A stretch of 63,715 bases of DNA, filler included, from Nemertoderma westbladi (lineage: Eukaryota; Animalia; Xenacoelomorpha): NCBI GenBank assembly GCA_032718475.1. It is 4 parts of 4 records of this genome, joined end to end, with 100 filler letters (N's around TTAATTAATTAA, not from the genome) between each part and the next. Parts side by side here need not be neighbours in the genome. Positions count along the whole stretch, not along the records: positions 56,492 to 63,715 come from JAUCBJ010001492.1; 3 more parts are not named here. One strand, 5' to 3'. Below, one piece after another: positions 60,661 through 63,715 of this stretch (its first letter is position 1; the number at the start of each line of letters is the position of its first letter). The translations under genes and the position numbers were made by a program. Under the pieces are notes generated by a model. The model made no database searches. It saw only the letters and a list, made by a program, of their open reading frames with translations, and was not told the DNA's origin.

Positions 60661-61320
60661 GTTTCCTTTTTTTAGAACGTTTCTTCTTTTCCTTTTTTTT
60701 TGTCCATTTTCACACATGTTTTCCTTTTTTTGCGTTCAGAAGATCAACTTCAGCTTGCTGTTGATATTGACAAGGTTTCAGGTTTTATATAAGAAAGCAA
60801 AGCCAAAGCAAATAAAAGAAAGCCTATAACACGGTTATAGTTTCATTTTTGTTCGCGATCAGCTGTTATTTACATCCGTTTTCCTCTGGAGATGGTTGAA
60901 TTTTAATTGCGTCTAAAAGCGTTTTTGTTATTTACTGTACTTTGATATCGTCCTGTCATTTAAAACAGTGACGTTTCTTAGTATATAAGGTTAATTAAAT
61001 ATAATGTTTACTATCCTTTTTTTTTAAAGATAATATCAATTCAGTTTTTCCCTTTTTTTTGAACCGTATCCGATCCTTTATGTCCTTTTTTTGAAATCCA
61101 TCCTATCCATTTTTTCCTTTTTTCTTGAAAATATAAATTCCTCTTTTCCTTTTTTTCATCGATTTTTTTTGGCTGGGAGGGCTGATTATAGTACAATGCA
61201 TTGTTGGAGTTATAGTGCAATTCTCTATAGTACAATGCATTGTTGGAGTTATAGTGCAATTCTCAAAGTGTTCACTCTTGTCTCAAAGTGATCTCTCTTG
61301 TCTCTTGATGTTGAACATAA

Positions 61321-61952
61321 TAAACACGTTCGTGGGGACTTCGCGCAGCACGTAGTCGGCAAGCCTTGGCATACGGTTCATATAGAGCAAATGGGGCATG
61401 TCTAGTTTGGACCCCATATCCCATGCAATAAATGTATTCATTCGATTTACAATCATATGTTAATCCGCTAGGTGGTGTCAAATTGTTATTCTGCAATTTC
61501 GTACTTACCAGTGCAGCACTGTACAGCAGTACCGTACCGGTAGGCCTATGTCATTACTTCTGAGACTCTAGCGGATCCCCAATTAAATGTCTTAACTTTT
61601 CAATTTCGTAAAAGATAGACTTCATGATTCTCTACAGGCCACCAAAATTTCAGCTCAGGAAAATGAGGCCTTCCCGAGAAATTTAACATTTTCTAAAAAC
61701 CACATAATCTGTCGTAGCTGACGTCAGACTGCATGATTTTTCACCAAACTTTACAAACTTTCTAAACTTTCTCTCTACTACTTACCTACTAAGTTTGGTT
61801 CAATTCCGAACCAGCGATGCCGAGAAATTCGCGTTCAAACATTTACCAGACAGACGGACGGACAGACAGACAGACGGACATGCCCCATTTGCCCTATATG
61901 AACCGTATGCCAAGGCTCGCCGACTACGTGTCTCGCCCCACATCACGTTTTA
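61321..61952. mobile_element. MITE-like element with long imperfect inverted ends and a (GACR)n microsatellite
   Basis: 61350-61402 is the near reverse complement of 61877-61930. The start AACACGTTCGTGGGG recurs at 37743 and 55506. Confidence 0.7.
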
Positions 61953-62232
61953 CCAACTGAGTAAAAAATATTTAAATTTTCGAGTAAGATGTGGATAAAA
62001 ATTGTAGGAACAATAATATAATAATTTTACAAAGTGCTTATAAATAAACGTTCGTCAATTATAATTAGTGATTAATATAATAACCAAACCAAACTAAATA
62101 AAGGGTGTACTTCTTCCATAATAAACTAGAAGAATAAAGATGTTAGATTTATTCCCATCATTGTTATATTAATTTAATAGTATAAATAAATAAATATAAA
62201 CTACACATAAAAATAGAAAGCGTACAAAATAC

Positions 62233-62605
62233 TTAGAAGCCTCTGTTAGTAGGATGGACTTTGAGGTTGTCTAGCATTGGTTTTAACATCTGCCCGAAGG
62301 GCGTAGAAAGCACTTCCTCTGGGAGATCAGTTATTTTCGCGGGAATGTTGTTCCCAGTTAGGAACTTGGCCAGTTCGCTACTGAATGTGTTGCAGTTATG
62401 GTGGAATAGGTCGTATTTGTGCCAGTTGAATTCGGTCTGGCCGACTTCCTGGAGGTACTGCTGGAATAAATCCCTGGGTATCTGGGTAGATCCAAGTTCA
62501 ATGACCTCGTTGGGTTGACCCAGGATCGTTCCTCCAGGTACACAGCTGTCTATACCGGAACCCCCAAAGAAATACTCTTCGTTATATACCACGATGCCGG
62601 TATGC
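62233..62605 (-). CDS. DESI1: Last coding exon of a desumoylating isopeptidase 1-like PPPDE peptidase
   Basis: tttccag acceptor, then (W)HTGIVVYNEEYFFGGSGI...PGGTILG...YDLFHHNCNTFS...DLPEEVLSTPFGQML. Catalytic His and Cys present; AATAAA downstream is not clearly seen. Confidence 0.88.
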
Positions 62606-62774
62606 CTGGAAATGTTAAGTCATTAATTAGTGATGAAGTTGCTATGGAACTAATGCTTTATTTTCTATGTTCTTACTGTAAAGTCGAACTTTAAAAAAAA
62701 CACTATCAAATAAATACCTTATTTCATATTTGCAATTTTATTATAAATAATCATACAGATTTAGACCAAGTAGC

Positions 62775-62965
62775 TGCTTGGTCTAATGGGGACATTCCTG
62801 GTCGATCAGCTTGGTCGATCCCTAGATGGGGCAGCACTGTTTGGGCACAGTGTTTTAAATGCTGCAGCCTAGCCCAACCCCGGCTTTCATCCTTCGGTGG
62901 TCGATAAATGGGAACCATGGCAACTTGGGAAACAGAGTGGAAGGGTTTACTGTGGAAGATCACCC
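62775..62965 (+). mobile_element. Degenerate SINE-like element
   Basis: Core CCCGGCTTTCATCCTTCGGTGGTCGATAAATGGGAACCA, similar to 31735-31778. Confidence 0.5.
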
Positions 62966-62969
62966 ATGC

Positions 62970-63715
62970 CCTAGCTTCACACTACAGCTGAGCAACCAGT
63001 ATAAGGCTCTTGCCTCTGAGGTGGCAGATCATTGTGAGGGCTATACTGCCATCACAGAGGAAGTTAAGATAGCAGTTGCAGAAACAGTTCCTGTGCAACC
63101 TTGAAACGGGAAAAAGGCCCACTAGACTGACCACAGATTGCGGAAGTGCCAAAATGACATCTAAGTGGTCATTTTGCAATGAATCGAAATGACCTCTCTA
63201 AGTCACAGAAAGCGTACTCGGGCACACGAGGACAGCCAAGAATGCAGTTATGCTCCCTGGCATTTAGTTCCCTTAAAAAGCAGTTTTCTGATAATCGGAA
63301 GGAGCTTATCAACAAACAGGTTGAAGCAATCAACAATGCCTATATGGCAGCAGGCAATCAGCCCAGGATTGGCAATCAATAAACCTGCTTGGGTGGGTAA
63401 GCCAACCAACAACCTAGATTAGGGCTGAAACTCCAGTTGAATTAATCAATGGTTGGAAGTCTTACTTTGAGAAACTCCTAAAAAATGTCAGGGTATTAAT
63501 TGCCTGACAACTTTATGGTACATTGTGTGTATGAGTCTGTATTGCCATTGGTGATATCTCCATTGCTGAAGACAAGGAGGCTGCTGCAAAGAGCATCAAG
63601 ACCAATTTATTGTGACAGTGGAGTATATGGTGTGCCCCCTGAGTATGTGGAGCTCATTCACCTCATTAATATAGAAATGTATAGAACCATGCTGGGCTCT
63701 AACTTCTGAGGGCAC
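62970..63715 (+). mobile_element. Degenerate RTE-like fragment (APE-RT linker) in the DESI1 intron
   Basis: Reverse-complement homology to 51840-52650 (SFTLQLSNQYKALASE...). Confidence 0.8.

Noticed and set aside
20618-62605. Functional link between the TE-borne Ulp1 and host DESI1, both deSUMOylase-type
   Set aside because: Unrelated peptidase families, ~38 kb and two gaps apart; no evidence beyond coincidence.

Overview
AT-rich animal (probably invertebrate) genomic DNA from a gapped assembly, with three 100-nt N spacers that each carry a TTAATTAATTAA linker. The window is dominated by nested transposable elements and satellites. Host content: four phase-compatible exons of a minus-strand gene for an uncharacterised, probably GPI-anchored protein (28459-37291), and the last coding exon of a DESI1-like PPPDE deSUMOylase (62233-62605). 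Mobile content: (1) a BEL/Pao-derived gag-protease element with no RT or integrase, present in two copies, whose ~1.15 kb TG...CA terminal repeats appear inverted rather than direct; (2) an intact 1280-aa CRE-like restriction-like-endonuclease retrotransposon with an N-terminal Ulp1/C48 protease; (3) an intact Penelope-like element with 297-bp inverted pLTRs, a candidate atypical hammerhead ribozyme and a 13-bp TSD that duplicates a host splice donor; (4) an APE-RT LINE headed by a tRNA/SINE-like sequence; (5) RTE, L2-like and CRE fragments, SINEs, MITEs and 5-, 20-, 21/26-, 34- and 48-bp tandem arrays. All calls are by eye from motifs and internal comparison; no database searches were run.
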